Made by a program: the position numbers and the translations under genes. The notes beneath the pieces were generated by a model. The model saw only the letters and a list, made by a program, of their open reading frames with translations, had not been told where the DNA came from and did no database searches. From positions 129,163 through 193,162 of the forward strand of contig JBMNJT010000003.1 in the NCBI GenBank assembly GCA_050951805.1: a stretch of 64,000 nucleotides of DNA, written 5' to 3'. Source of the DNA: Bacillota bacterium. GTDB lineage: Bacteria; Bacillota; DTU025. Shown one piece after another: positions 9,562 through 19,117 of this stretch. Position 1 is the stretch's first letter. Each line of letters opens with the position of its first letter.

Positions 9562-10598
9562 GAAGGATAGCAGTGGAGCATATGAAGCCAGGAATGACGC
9601 TGGCTGAAGGGATATACAACGGCTCGGGCGTGACTCAGGTTTCCCCAGGCTCGGTTCTGAGTGAAACGGCGATCGCCAGGATCCGGCAGCTTGGCATTTC
9701 ACATGTCTTCATAGAGGACCCTCGCACGGATGATCTGGTCATACGGGATGCGGTCCCGTGGAATGTGGCTGCTAGGGGCAGGGAGTTGCTGCGGGATTTC
9801 GAGGAACGCGTTCGGGAGGCCGGGGGTCCGGACCATGTCAAAGTGCCCTTCGACGATCTGCTCGAGCTGGTCCATGATATCGAGGACGGGCTGCAGGGTA
9901 CCGACTTGAATGTCTTGGAGATACCCCCGGTAACCCGACCAGAGGACTATCGGTATGCTTATCCCATTAATGTTGCGGCGTTGTCCATGTTCGTCACTGC
10001 CAAGGCGGGGTTGCCGCGGCGCACGACCGATGTGGGGCTGGCGGCGCTTCTGCTCGACATAGGCATGGAGCTTGCACCCGAGGAGCCCGAGAAGCATCCG
10101 GAGATGTCCCTTGCAGTGCTCAGGCAGGACGAGAGGTTTTCGGCCTACAGCAGGGCCATAGTATTTCAGCATGAGGAGAGGCATGATGGGAGCGGATATC
10201 CTCGGGGGATTGCCGGGGATGACATCGACCCCCTGGCGAAAATCGTATCAGTTGCCGATATGTACTGTAGCCTCATTTCTGAGGGCAACCCCATGGGCGA
10301 GAGGCTTGTCCCGCAGGAAGCCTTCGATTACGTGACCAGCGCGGCCGGGTTCGAGTTCGAGCGCACTACGGTGCTCGGGGTGATGCAGTATGTGGCGCTG
10401 TACCCGGTGGGCACGATGGTGCGGCTTAACACCGGGGAGTGTGGTGTAGTAACCCGGGTCTACAAAGGGCTGACAACGAGGCCCACGGTGCGGGTGCTCT
10501 ATGGTGCAGATGGTGTGGAGGTTGCGCGGCCCTATGAGATGGTGTTGGCGGAGCCGGAGCACCAGACGGTGCTGGTTGCAGGGGTCTGCGAAGATTAG
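9558..10598 (+). CDS. HD-GYP domain protein, catalytically degenerate
   Basis: QHEERHDGSGYPRG retains the GYP motif, but the HD dyad reads LLLDIG. N-terminal MKPGMTLA and C-terminal YPVGTMVRLNTGE are typical of this family. Confidence 0.85.
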   Translation: MRRIAVEHMKPGMTLAEGIYNGSGVTQVSPGSVLSETAIARIRQLGISHVFIEDPRTDDLVIRDAVPWNVAARGRELLRDFEERVREAGGPDHVKVPFDDLLELVHDIEDGLQGTDLNVLEIPPVTRPEDYRYAYPINVAALSMFVTAKAGLPRRTTDVGLAALLLDIGMELAPEEPEKHPEMSLAVLRQDERFSAYSRAIVFQHEERHDGSGYPRGIAGDDIDPLAKIVSVADMYCSLISEGNPMGERLVPQEAFDYVTSAAGFEFERTTVLGVMQYVALYPVGTMVRLNTGECGVVTRVYKGLTTRPTVRVLYGADGVEVARPYEMVLAEPEHQTVLVAGVCED

Positions 10599-10619
10599 AA
10601 AGGGCTTGGGGGGATCGCA

Positions 10620-11087
10620 ATGAAGGTTCAGAGCTCTCGATTTGGCGCTTTGACCGTAGACGATAGCAAGCTCATTAGTTTCCCGAAGGGGATACCCGGG
10701 TTTGAGGACTCTCGAAGGTTCTTCCTATTGGATCATCCGGGGAGCGCGAAGGTGAAGTGGCTACACAGTGCAGACGATCCGGGGCTGGCGTTGGTGGTGG
10801 CAAGTCCCTTCGAGCTTTTTGCAAGTTACGAGCCGGAGGTGCCGGATGGGGTAGCGGAGGCGCTCGGGGCCGAAGGGCCTGAGGACATGTTGGTGCTTAC
10901 GGTGCTCTCAGTGCATGCGGGGAACCCGCCCAAGGTGACGGCCAATCTCTTAGCCCCGATTGTGGTATGCTCCGCTACCATGCGGGGCATGCAGGTTGTA
11001 ATGGAGGCCGGCAAATACGGCGTGAGGCACGAAATGGAGCTTGTACCGGAAAAATGTGAAGCGGGGGCTAAATCTTCGGTCGGTTAG
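10620..11087 (+). CDS. fliW: Flagellar assembly factor FliW (CsrA antagonist)
   Basis: SSRFG..LISFPKGIPGFED, WLHS.DDP.LALVV..PF, TANLLAPIVV. Confidence 0.95.
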   Translation: MKVQSSRFGALTVDDSKLISFPKGIPGFEDSRRFFLLDHPGSAKVKWLHSADDPGLALVVASPFELFASYEPEVPDGVAEALGAEGPEDMLVLTVLSVHAGNPPKVTANLLAPIVVCSATMRGMQVVMEAGKYGVRHEMELVPEKCEAGAKSSVG

Positions 11088-11096
11088 TGCCGATAG
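11069..11096 (+). promoter_or_regulatory. sigma28 promoter for flagellin
   Basis: TAAA (11069-72), N16, GCCGATAG (11089-96). Confidence 0.88.
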
Positions 11097-11155
11097 AGAT
11101 ATTGAAGGCGGCTATAGAGCCTAAGTCCTGCAGGCAAAGGCATAAGCCGTGGCCT

Positions 11156-11199
11156 GCCGCAAGGATGCGGCGGCCAGTATAGACACTACAAGGAGGTAG
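11156..11199 (+). promoter_or_regulatory. Two CsrA-binding hairpins in the flagellin 5' UTR
   Basis: GCCGCA-AGGA-TGCGGC (11156-71) and CTAC-AAGGAG-GTAG (11186-99, overlapping the SD). Both present ANGGA in the loop, as in the B. subtilis hag leader. Confidence 0.85.
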
Positions 11200-11205
11200 A
11201 GATAA

Positions 11206-12681
11206 TTGAGGATAAACCACAACCTATCTGCGCTCAATGCGTGGAAGAACATGAGTGTGAACGACAGCGGTCAGAACAAGTCGCTCGAGAAATTGTCAAG
11301 TGGTTTGAGGATTGGAAGGGCGGCGGACGACGCAGCTGGACTCTCGATTTCGGAGAAGATGCGTGGGCAGATTTCAGGCCTCAACCAGGCCAGCCGGAAC
11401 GCCCAGGACGGCATCTCCCTCCTGCAGACCGCAGAAGGCGCACTCCAGGAGACCCACTCAATCCTACAGAGGATGAGAGAGCTGGCAGTGCAGGCGGCGT
11501 CGGATACAGTGACCAATGATGACCGTCTTGAGATCCAGAAGGAGATTGACAACCTGCGAGTCGAGATGGACAGAATCTCGACGGATACTGAGTTCAACAC
11601 GCAGAAACTTCTCAATGGCAAGTTCGCCAACAAGATCATCCATATTGGCGCTAATGCGCAGCAGAATCTCAAGGTGAGCATAGCTTCGATGGGCGCTAGG
11701 GATCTAAAGGTGAACAAGGTAACCACAGCCTCGAGTGCCACTACGTTGAACGATGCATCCTTCATAGCTGAGCACGCTGGCGATGCCACCCTCACAGTGA
11801 GTGGGACATACACTGGACAAGCTCCCATCACGGCTCTGAGGACAAGCATCACCGAGGATGGCAAGGTTAGAGTCATAGGGAAGCGTGATGGGGCCGAGGG
11901 AGACCTGATAGTTGACCTGGATAGCGGTGCGACGAGCGTGGAAGTGAACGGCTTGACGTTCGCCATAGCCAACATCGCAGATGTGAGGGCCAATGCGACG
12001 ACGATAGAGGGCGGGCCCGACGATGGCAAGATAGACAATACAGGTGATGCGGGGACCGCGACACAGTTCTCATTCATAAACGGAGATGGCGCGACTCTCG
12101 CGATGTCTGGCACGGCCACGGAGAATATAACAGACATCTCTGCTACTGTGGTCGGTGACGGGCAGGTGCAGATCTCATACACGATTGGCAGCGATACGAC
12201 GAGTGTGACACTGTATGGTGATGATACTAGCGCTACTGCCGAGCATACAGTCGCAGGGGTGACGTTCGAACTAACCGGTGCTAAGAATGTAAGGGAAGCC
12301 CCGACTACGTTTACCTGGGAAGACGATAACTTGCCGATCAATGCCGAAGTAGTGGGCGGTCTAGACGTAGTAGACGAAGGAATCAATGTGTCGACTCAGG
12401 CTGCAGCTGACGCTGCAATCACTGTGATCGACGAAGCTATCGTAACCGTTTCGGGTGAGCGATCAAAGCTCGGTGCTATTCAAAACAGGCTTGAGCACAC
12501 CATCGCGAACCTATCGACTTCGTCTGAGAACCTGACGGCTGCCGAAAGCCGCATCCGCGACGTCGATATCGCAGTTGAGATGATGAACTTCACGAAGTAT
12601 CAGATTCTGAGCCAGGCGTCGACCGCCATGTTGGCCCAGGCCAATGCGAAGCCCCAGGCAGTACTGCAGCTGCTGAGGTAG
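11206..12681 (+). CDS. fliC: Flagellin
   Basis: MRINHNLSALNA...LEKLSSGLRIGRAADDAAGLSISEKMRGQ and C-terminal AESRIRDVDIAVEM...QAVLQLLR. TTG start. Confidence 0.99.
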   Translation: MRINHNLSALNAWKNMSVNDSGQNKSLEKLSSGLRIGRAADDAAGLSISEKMRGQISGLNQASRNAQDGISLLQTAEGALQETHSILQRMRELAVQAASDTVTNDDRLEIQKEIDNLRVEMDRISTDTEFNTQKLLNGKFANKIIHIGANAQQNLKVSIASMGARDLKVNKVTTASSATTLNDASFIAEHAGDATLTVSGTYTGQAPITALRTSITEDGKVRVIGKRDGAEGDLIVDLDSGATSVEVNGLTFAIANIADVRANATTIEGGPDDGKIDNTGDAGTATQFSFINGDGATLAMSGTATENITDISATVVGDGQVQISYTIGSDTTSVTLYGDDTSATAEHTVAGVTFELTGAKNVREAPTTFTWEDDNLPINAEVVGGLDVVDEGINVSTQAAADAAITVIDEAIVTVSGERSKLGAIQNRLEHTIANLSTSSENLTAAESRIRDVDIAVEMMNFTKYQILSQASTAMLAQANAKPQAVLQLLR

Positions 12682-12722
12682 CGGGGGAAGTCACGTAGTT
12701 GTAGTGGTATGGTGGACGATAT

Positions 12723-12744
12723 GGGGCGGCCTTCGGGCTGCCCC
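12723..12744 (+). terminator. Hairpin/terminator after fliC
   Basis: GGGGCGGCC-TTCG-GGCTGCCCC (cUUCGg tetraloop) about 40 nt after the stop. The U-tract is weak. Confidence 0.7.
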
Positions 12745-13393
12745 TCATAGTTCTCTTGCATCTATGCGGGGTAGTCGGTGGTAGAGGATATCGCCGTTCC
12801 CATGGAGTTGATGAATAGATCGCAATGTGCACTAGAGAAGCTGCCGATCACAGGTTTGAAACTGGTCTTGCGGTCTAGACAACTCCGCTTTGCCCGGCCG
12901 CCGTCCTCAGCAGAGACTGCATGCTGGTGTCAAGCCTTACTAAACCGGTTTTTGGCGATTCCTATTACTGTATCTTGGTGAGAGTACTTGCGCTGCAGCA
13001 AACCTGCCCATTTCGTCAAATGAACCCATGATGTGATCCCTGCAGTTGAGGATGGCATCTATCCACTCTTTGGCAAACGAGATGCTTGCGCAGACATGGT
13101 TGTGTGGTGAGTCTGTATCGGCTTCTCCGGGGAAAGACTGGCGCTCTGGAACTAGATTAGCATGTGCCGGGCGGGATTTCACACAGTGCTACATCGCAAT
13201 GACGGCGTCAACCTACTGTAGGAAAGAACAGCTAAGAGACCATTGGCTAATCCCGGTATGCCGACTCTGTCGTTAAAACCATATAAGCTTGTTTTATCCA
13301 GCGCTATTGTTTGATGCTGGTTGCATATGGGTGATGCGAAGTAGCGTATTCCCCCTCGGGAAAATCACAATGGCCGTCAACAACGGACCCATA

Positions 13394-14260
13394 TCATATG
13401 GCTATAGAATCCCGAAGTTCCCTGAATACCCGCGCAGTAAAGCTGGCGTTGCCCTTTAGGACTGGCACATTGCCCAGCTGGTTGCACGGACACTTCCCGC
13501 TAGTTCTAACCATAGTCTTTGCCTCCGAGCATAGCTGTTGAGCTTTACCCTGGTCGATCTTAATGCTCCCAAATCGGGGAGCTGTGCTGGGTAAGGCGCA
13601 GGCACTTACAGATTCGCCGTTGGCCTTTTTCACTCGCAGCTTGGCCATGATGTTGGCCCCTTCCTCGGACCATGACATCGGGCGGCTGGACATGCGATCC
13701 GAATAGATGTGGCTTACATGGCCTTCTGCACTGCAACCTACTACTTCCTGGTAATACCTCCGCCGGTTTTCGATTGCGCCCCACATGTTCGATATGTAAG
13801 TGCGGCATCTCTCAACGGATTTTGCCTGACCCTTAGTTACCGTGGTGGATCCCGCTTCATCCAGAATCTCGAAGGTTTTGCTGCGCTCTGCTGAATCTAC
13901 TGCCTTCCATAGCTTGCTCATCAGTTTTTTATCGCCATGACAAGCAGCTACAATGTATTTGCGTAGATGGAACAGGTCAGGCAAGCGCACCCCATTCACC
14001 ATGAATTCGGCCCCAAACGTTATCCAGTTGGCTCCATCCCCAGTGACGAAGATTATCTCTATGGAGTCGATATCATAAGTCTGCTCTATGTACCAGTATA
14101 CTTCCCACCAGAGCTCCTCAGTGTCCTTGTACATTCCTCCAAAGTATTTCGCGTGCACCAGCTCGGTGCGGCCACGTCCAACCCTCTTTCGGCCCTCATG
14201 AACGTATACAAGCTTCGGTTCTAACCGCATTCGCTTATTCCTATTATGCCGAAAACACAA
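13394..14260 (-). pseudogene. ISLre2-family (UPF0236) transposase, N-terminally truncated
   Basis: PKLVYVHEG, GDGANWI, DLFHLRKY, GCSAEGHVSHIYSDRMSSRPMSWS..GA..MAKLR. The N-terminal portion is missing. Confidence 0.85.
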
Positions 14261-14425
14261 GATGAGTTCGATCTTAATGTTGACTTTAATAAGCAGGCTC
14301 TGGGCAGGATGGTAAAGACCATACTCGAGCCATTCGGGTACTCTTGGACGGGGCAGGAGAAGCCCATTCGAAGAGAATTGTCGGATTTCATCACATCTGC
14401 TGCAGTGTATTCACTGGACTTTTAA
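14246..14425 (+). pseudogene. Short 59-codon ORF, probably the 3' remnant of a hypothetical gene
   Basis: Translates MPKTQDEFDLNVDFNKQALGRMVKTILEPFGYSW...FITSAAVYSLDF*. It is protein-like, abuts the IS truncation point and is followed by a strong hairpin. Confidence 0.35.
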
Positions 14426-14517
14426 GATCAGCCAAAACTCGATCTTGTCGTTGGGCCCTTGATGGCGAACATAAAGAGGAATGCCTTAACGGCAAATCTA
14501 GCCGGGATTCACGATCC

Positions 14518-14551
14518 GTGTCACCTGTGCCCTTTTAAGCGCAGGTGACAC
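14518..14551 (+). terminator. Stem-loop immediately 5' of the group II intron (probable target hairpin)
   Basis: GTGTCACCTGTGC-CCTTTTAA-GCGCAGGTGACAC, a 13-bp stem ending 3 nt before the intron 5' end. Confidence 0.75.
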
Positions 14552-14554
14552 CTT

Positions 14555-16404
14555 GTTCGCCCGGCATGTTTGTTGAGCCGATGGACTGAAAGAAGTCCTG
14601 TCACCCAACCAGCGGGAAGACAACCTCAAGGCAAAGGCGTCGCTGAAAGCGGCGGGGTCTGAAGGAAGCTTTAAGGGGGAACACGGAACGTAGCGAAAGC
14701 GAACCGAAGTTGGCCTGTCAGGTGGGTAACCTTGCGAAGTATGGGAAAGCCCGAAAGCTGGATAACCTGGGGGGGTTTGACGGACGGGTTCGTGTTCAGG
14801 CAGACAAACTTAACCGGGGAAGCTCTGCATCATCCAGATAGCTGGTAAGCCCAAACAAGCGGAGACGCAAGGATGGGAATATGTGGTGTGGGGTGGCAGA
14901 TGAGTCCGTAGTAGTTATGAACCCTCAGCCCATGAAAGCTGGCAACAGACCGGAGGATAAAACTGAGGGGACAGCGGCCGGGAGCTGCTGGGCTGCATTG
15001 GCCAAAAGCCTATGCAGTTGCGAAGGGACGAAGGCAAACCAAAGCGTGCAACCTAGTTACAGGCAAGCATGGGAGAGAGATAACAGAGGCTGAAATGCCG
15101 ATGGGAACGGGGGAGCCGGGGGCGACGAGTCTGCTGGTCCCTGCGCCCGCTCAGCAGAGTATCAAAGTTTCGCGGGGTAGATTGCCTTAGAGCTGCATAC
15201 AGGGCCGTCAGGGCCAACAACGGGGCTTCCGGGATAGACGGTGAGACCGTGGACGCCTTCGGCGAGAACCTGGAAGCCAGGCTGGCAGAGATACCGAAGC
15301 CAGACGGAAGCAAAAGGCCTCTTGGCATACCCACCGTTGGCGACAGAGTAGTGCAGCAAGCGCTGCTCAATGTGGTTCAGCCAATCTTCGACCCCGAATT
15401 CCATCCATCGAGCTATGGGTACCGACCCGGGCGATCCTGTCATCAAGCAGTGGCAAAGGCAGAGAGGTTCATTAATCGCTACGGTCTCAAGCACGTAGTG
15501 GACATGGACTTGTCAAAATGCTTTGACCGACTCGATCATGACCTGATCATTGAGCCTGTGAACCGAAAGGTCAGCGACGGAAGCGTACTTAAGCTGATCC
15601 GGAAGTTCCTTGAAGCAGGAGTCATGAAAGACGGGGCCTGGGAGGAAACAACCATAGGCAGTCCGCAAGGCGGAGTAATATCGCCTCTTCTTGCCAACAT
15701 CTATCTTGACTACTTTGATCAGAAGATGAAGTCAAAGGACATCAGGATAGTGAGGTACGCTGACGATATACTCATCTTTGCGCGGACAAGGCGACAGGCG
15801 GAAAAGTTCTTGGAGATAGCGTGCGAGATCCTTGAGGGCGAGTTAAAGCTCGTTGTGAACAGGGATAAAACGCACATAACCAGCGTCTATAAGGGAGTGC
15901 CCTACCTTGGGTTTGTCATACACCCCAAGAAGCTGGCGAAGTTCAAGGACGCCGTCCGCAAGCTGACTCCCCGCAATCATGGGATGAGTGTTGAGCAGAT
16001 GGTGAAGCGACTGAACCGATTCCTTATTGCAAACTGCAAGACGATAGTAGCCAGCCTGATGGGGTGGATAAGGCGGCGTCTGAGGATGAAGCAGATGAGG
16101 GAGTGGAAGAGCTGGAGGGGCCTGCATAAAGCACTTCGAAGGCGAGGCTACTCAGGCGAATTCCTGAAGATATCCATGAGACGATGGAGGAACTCGGCAA
16201 GTCCTCTGGTCAACATGGCGCTTCCTCAGGCTTGGTTCAGTGAGATAGGACTGATTGACCTCACGAAGTATGAGGTCGGCGTCTTGCATCTCTTCTATGA
16301 AGCGAAGTGACTAAGGTTTGCCAGGAGCCGTGTACGGGGCCCGTACGCACGGTTCTGTGAGAGGGATGACGCCAGGCTGATTACCTGGCGCCACCCTACT
16401 CGAT
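14555..16404 (+). mobile_element. Group II intron (compact, IIC-like insertion site)
   Basis: 5' end GTTCGCCCGGCATG (variant of GTGCGCCCGGCATG). Domain V GAGCCGTGTACGGGGCCCGTACGCACGGTTCT at 16325-56. Domain VI ends ...CCCTACTCGAT at 16404. RT ORF inside. Confidence 0.9.
15180..16310 (+). pseudogene. ltrA: Group II intron reverse transcriptase/maturase, damaged
   Basis: RT0 AYRAVRANNGASGIDG (in frame upstream of the listed ORF), IPKPDG..RPLGIPTV.DRVVQQA, GSPQGGVISPLLANIYL, RYADD, YLGF. No endonuclease domain, no in-frame ATG ahead of RT0, and apparent internal deletions. Confidence 0.85.
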
Positions 16405-16975
16405 ATGTCAGACTGTGCAACCGATGGCGTAGTAACTGATGTCAGAGCCCCAATACAACGAAGACGTAGTAGCAAGGGGTAAATCTATGGGCCGTATCGA
16501 CAACGTAGACACTGATGCTATAACACAATCGATTGTGTCATCCTTTTCACCCCTCACAGACATGCCTGTATCAACCTCCGTGGACGCTGATTGGCAAGAG
16601 GAGCCTGCTTCCGCTTACTTTCCAAAGCAAATGGCTGCGTTGGTTGATCATAATCGGAGTCAGTGGAAACCAGCATACACGGTTTCAGAAAACAATACCT
16701 GGCTCAGCGTGATTGTGCATTTCGAGATTGGTCACCATTTGCTCATATGAGCGAGGCCGTAAAGCCCAGATCATTGATTCAGTAGCGGTGGTAGCAAAGC
16801 AAGACCAGGTGCACGATGCATTTTCGATCGTTACACGACAAAAGGGAGCAATTGAGATTATGAGCGCCGGCGGATGCAGCCGGTGTTTGCGGTTACACGA
16901 AAGATACGGTGTCGCCCGCTTGTACTCAGCCTGCAGTGTTTGACCTAATTCAGACCCGTCCCTGGCCACCTCACC

Positions 16976-17383
16976 TCAGGGCCGCTCAGTCAGTCCCAGC
17001 TTTTCTTTGAGTGCATATTGCAGAACTTGTGAGAAGTTTATCCCCTCTTTTTCCGCTTCTTCATTGAGCCATTGCGGGATGGTGAGTGTCTTCTTGATGG
17101 ACTTGTTACTGATCTCGTCCCGTATTGGCTCGGTCCTTGCAGTTACTAACGTCACAAATGCATCGCTTGGTAAATGCACAGAGGTAGGCTTGGAGGGAGA
17201 GGAAATCTCGTCGCCATCCCGCTCCATCCCATATAGATGTAGAGCTAGGGCTTCTGACGCCATCCGGATTGCGTCGTCCAAGGTATCACCTTCCGTAACA
17301 CAACCGGGCAGATCCGGAAAGGTAATAGTATATCCGCCACACTCATTTGGATCGAAAACTGCAGGATAAATATACTTAGCCAT
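16976..17383 (-). CDS. hicB: HicB family antitoxin
   Basis: YIYPAVF...GYTITFPDLPGCVTEGDTLDDAIRMASEAL and C-terminal KKTLTIPQWLN..AEKEGINFSQVLQ. Confidence 0.95.
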   Translation of the reverse strand: MAKYIYPAVFDPNECGGYTITFPDLPGCVTEGDTLDDAIRMASEALALHLYGMERDGDEISSPSKPTSVHLPSDAFVTLVTARTEPIRDEISNKSIKKTLTIPQWLNEEAEKEGINFSQVLQYALKEKLGLTERP

Positions 17384-17416
17384 CTGTATCAAAACCTCCT
17401 GGCATGGCCGAACTCC

Positions 17417-17608
17417 TCATAAAAGCCCAGCCTGCTTAAGTATGGAGCTAACTGTCTTGGGAGCAAGCCTTGTCTTCGGATGAGGGATGGTAACTTTGCC
17501 GGGCTTCGTTAGGTGTTTGAACTGGTGGTGACTTCCCACAACGGCTACCAAGTACCACCCATCTTGTTCTATGAGTTTGATCACCTCGCGGGAAGACATG
17601 CTCTTCAT
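17417..17608 (-). CDS. hicA: HicA family mRNA interferase toxin
   Basis: SSREVIKLIEQDGWY...GSHHQFKH..KPGKVTIPHP...SILKQAGL. SD GGAGG precedes the ATG at 17608. Confidence 0.95.
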   Translation of the reverse strand: MKSMSSREVIKLIEQDGWYLVAVVGSHHQFKHLTKPGKVTIPHPKTRLAPKTVSSILKQAGLL

Positions 17609-17629
17609 GGCAACCTCCCTCTTGGCCAC

Positions 17630-17659
17630 ATTATGACACGTATCAAACATACGTGTCAA
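17630..17659 (-). promoter_or_regulatory. hicAB promoter with embedded palindromic operator
   Basis: Minus-strand TTGACA-N18-CATAAT. A perfect inverted repeat TGACACGTAT-caaac-ATACGTGTCA (17634-58) spans it. Confidence 0.8.
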
Positions 17660-17996
17660 CAGGATTTTGAGTAGCTGAGGAATGGAACAGAGATTCGCTT
17701 CAGCCGGCTACTACGAGTATGCTTGGGTCATCGCCCCGGGCACGCCATGGAGGCATTCAGGAGGTGCCCGTTGCCTCGTACATGGAGTTAGCGTTGAGTC
17801 AATAGAAGACTGAATTCACCGATGCCTGGATCGCCATGTGTCTCCGGTAATCCATGGATTGCCTCGCTTCAGAAATAGGGTTTCGACAATACACGAATCC
17901 TTATCGGAAAAACGCGCTCACGAAACGTGAGGAATATGTCTGAATACCGGTACTGCGACGCCGTAACGTAACAGGATTGAAAAGGAGGATTGCCAC

Positions 17997-18350
17997 GTGA
18001 ACCCGTATAGGACTATAGGTCAACGCCTTCAGCGGGCGCGTGAACGAGCTGGACTCACCCAATATGAGGTGGCTGGCTACTTGGGGGTGAAGCGCGAACA
18101 GATATCGCAGGTAGAGAACGGCCACCGCAAGGTGGATGTCATTACCCTGACCAAGCTTGCTGATCTCTACAGCTATTCGGTTACGCACTTCGTTGATCAG
18201 GTGGCACCGGAGCAGAGGGATACCTCCATTGCGTCTAGAGCCCAGAAGATAGATGAAGAGGATCTTGAATCGCTTCGCTGGATAAACCGTTTTGCCCGTA
18301 AACTCAGCGAACTGACGAGCCTGATCGAGCGGAGGTCGAAGGATGCGTAA
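17997..18350 (+). CDS. XRE-family HTH regulator
   Basis: IGQRLQRARERAGLTQYEVAGYLGVKREQISQVENGHR. SD AAGGAGG and GTG start. Confidence 0.9.
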   Translation: MNPYRTIGQRLQRARERAGLTQYEVAGYLGVKREQISQVENGHRKVDVITLTKLADLYSYSVTHFVDQVAPEQRDTSIASRAQKIDEEDLESLRWINRFARKLSELTSLIERRSKDA

Positions 18351-19078
18351 AATGGAGCAGATTGCAAGTGTGAGAGCAGCTAAGGCCCGGCGTAGCCTGG
18401 GAGTGAGTGCCTCTGAACCAGTTGATGTCATCAAGCTGCTCAGAGAATACCGCGACATCAGCTTCGTTCTCAGACCATTTGTGAGCGACATCTCCGGTAT
18501 GTTTGTGCGTTCCTATAGAGCAGAAGTTATTGCCATTAACACGGCCAGAAGCCTTGGCCACCAGCGTTTCACTGCAGCGCACGAGTACTTCCACCTCCTC
18601 TATGACGAGGGAATGCTCGGGGCTGCCTGCAAGGTTGGTGTAGTGGACCAGCCAACTTTACGAGAGGCTGAGGCAGATGCTTTTGCATTATGCCAGGTGA
18701 GGGAATTGGCGCGCGCGTTGTGGCGCGCACAGGCGGCAAGCGCGGTCTTGCCATGGAGGATGTCGTCTACTTGGAGCAGCATTTCGGAGTGAGTCACAAA
18801 GCAATGGTCAGACGCCTTCGGAATCTAGACCATATAAGCGCGGACCAATTCGAGCGGATGTGGAGCCTGCCAATCCGTCAGGCAGCTCGAACACTAGGCT
18901 ACGATATAGCCCTTTACATCCCAACGCACGAAGACAGGATCATATCATCGTACGCCGAGAAAGCGACTCGGATCTGATTTCGTTCGGCAAGTACGAGCAG
19001 TTGATGCAGCGTCACATCAGCCAAGGGGAGTCTCTCGAACTGAAAATGATTGCGGAGGGCGATATCGCTGACGAGTAA
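18343..19078 (+). pseudogene. ImmA/IrrE-family Zn metallopeptidase, two frameshifts
   Basis: ISGMF...IAINT...QRFTAAHEYFH (HExxH) and EAEADAFA. It continues in a second frame (MPGEGI...HFGVSHKAMVRRL, 18690-18977) and a third (LISFGKYEQL, to 19078). Confidence 0.85.
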
Positions 19079-19117
19079 TTCCAGTTGACTCAAGCCTCTA
19101 GGAAACCCAGGCCGCAA

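Noticed and set aside
12778-13390. Short ORFs between fliC and the IS fragment
   Set aside because: No recognisable motifs, no clear SD and no IS terminal inverted repeat that I could identify.
15180-16310. RT as a retron, DGR or defence-associated RT belonging to the helicase locus
   Set aside because: It has group II RT0 and maturase features and is flanked by a recognisable intron 5' end and domains V and VI. No template/variable repeat pair or msr-msd structure was seen.
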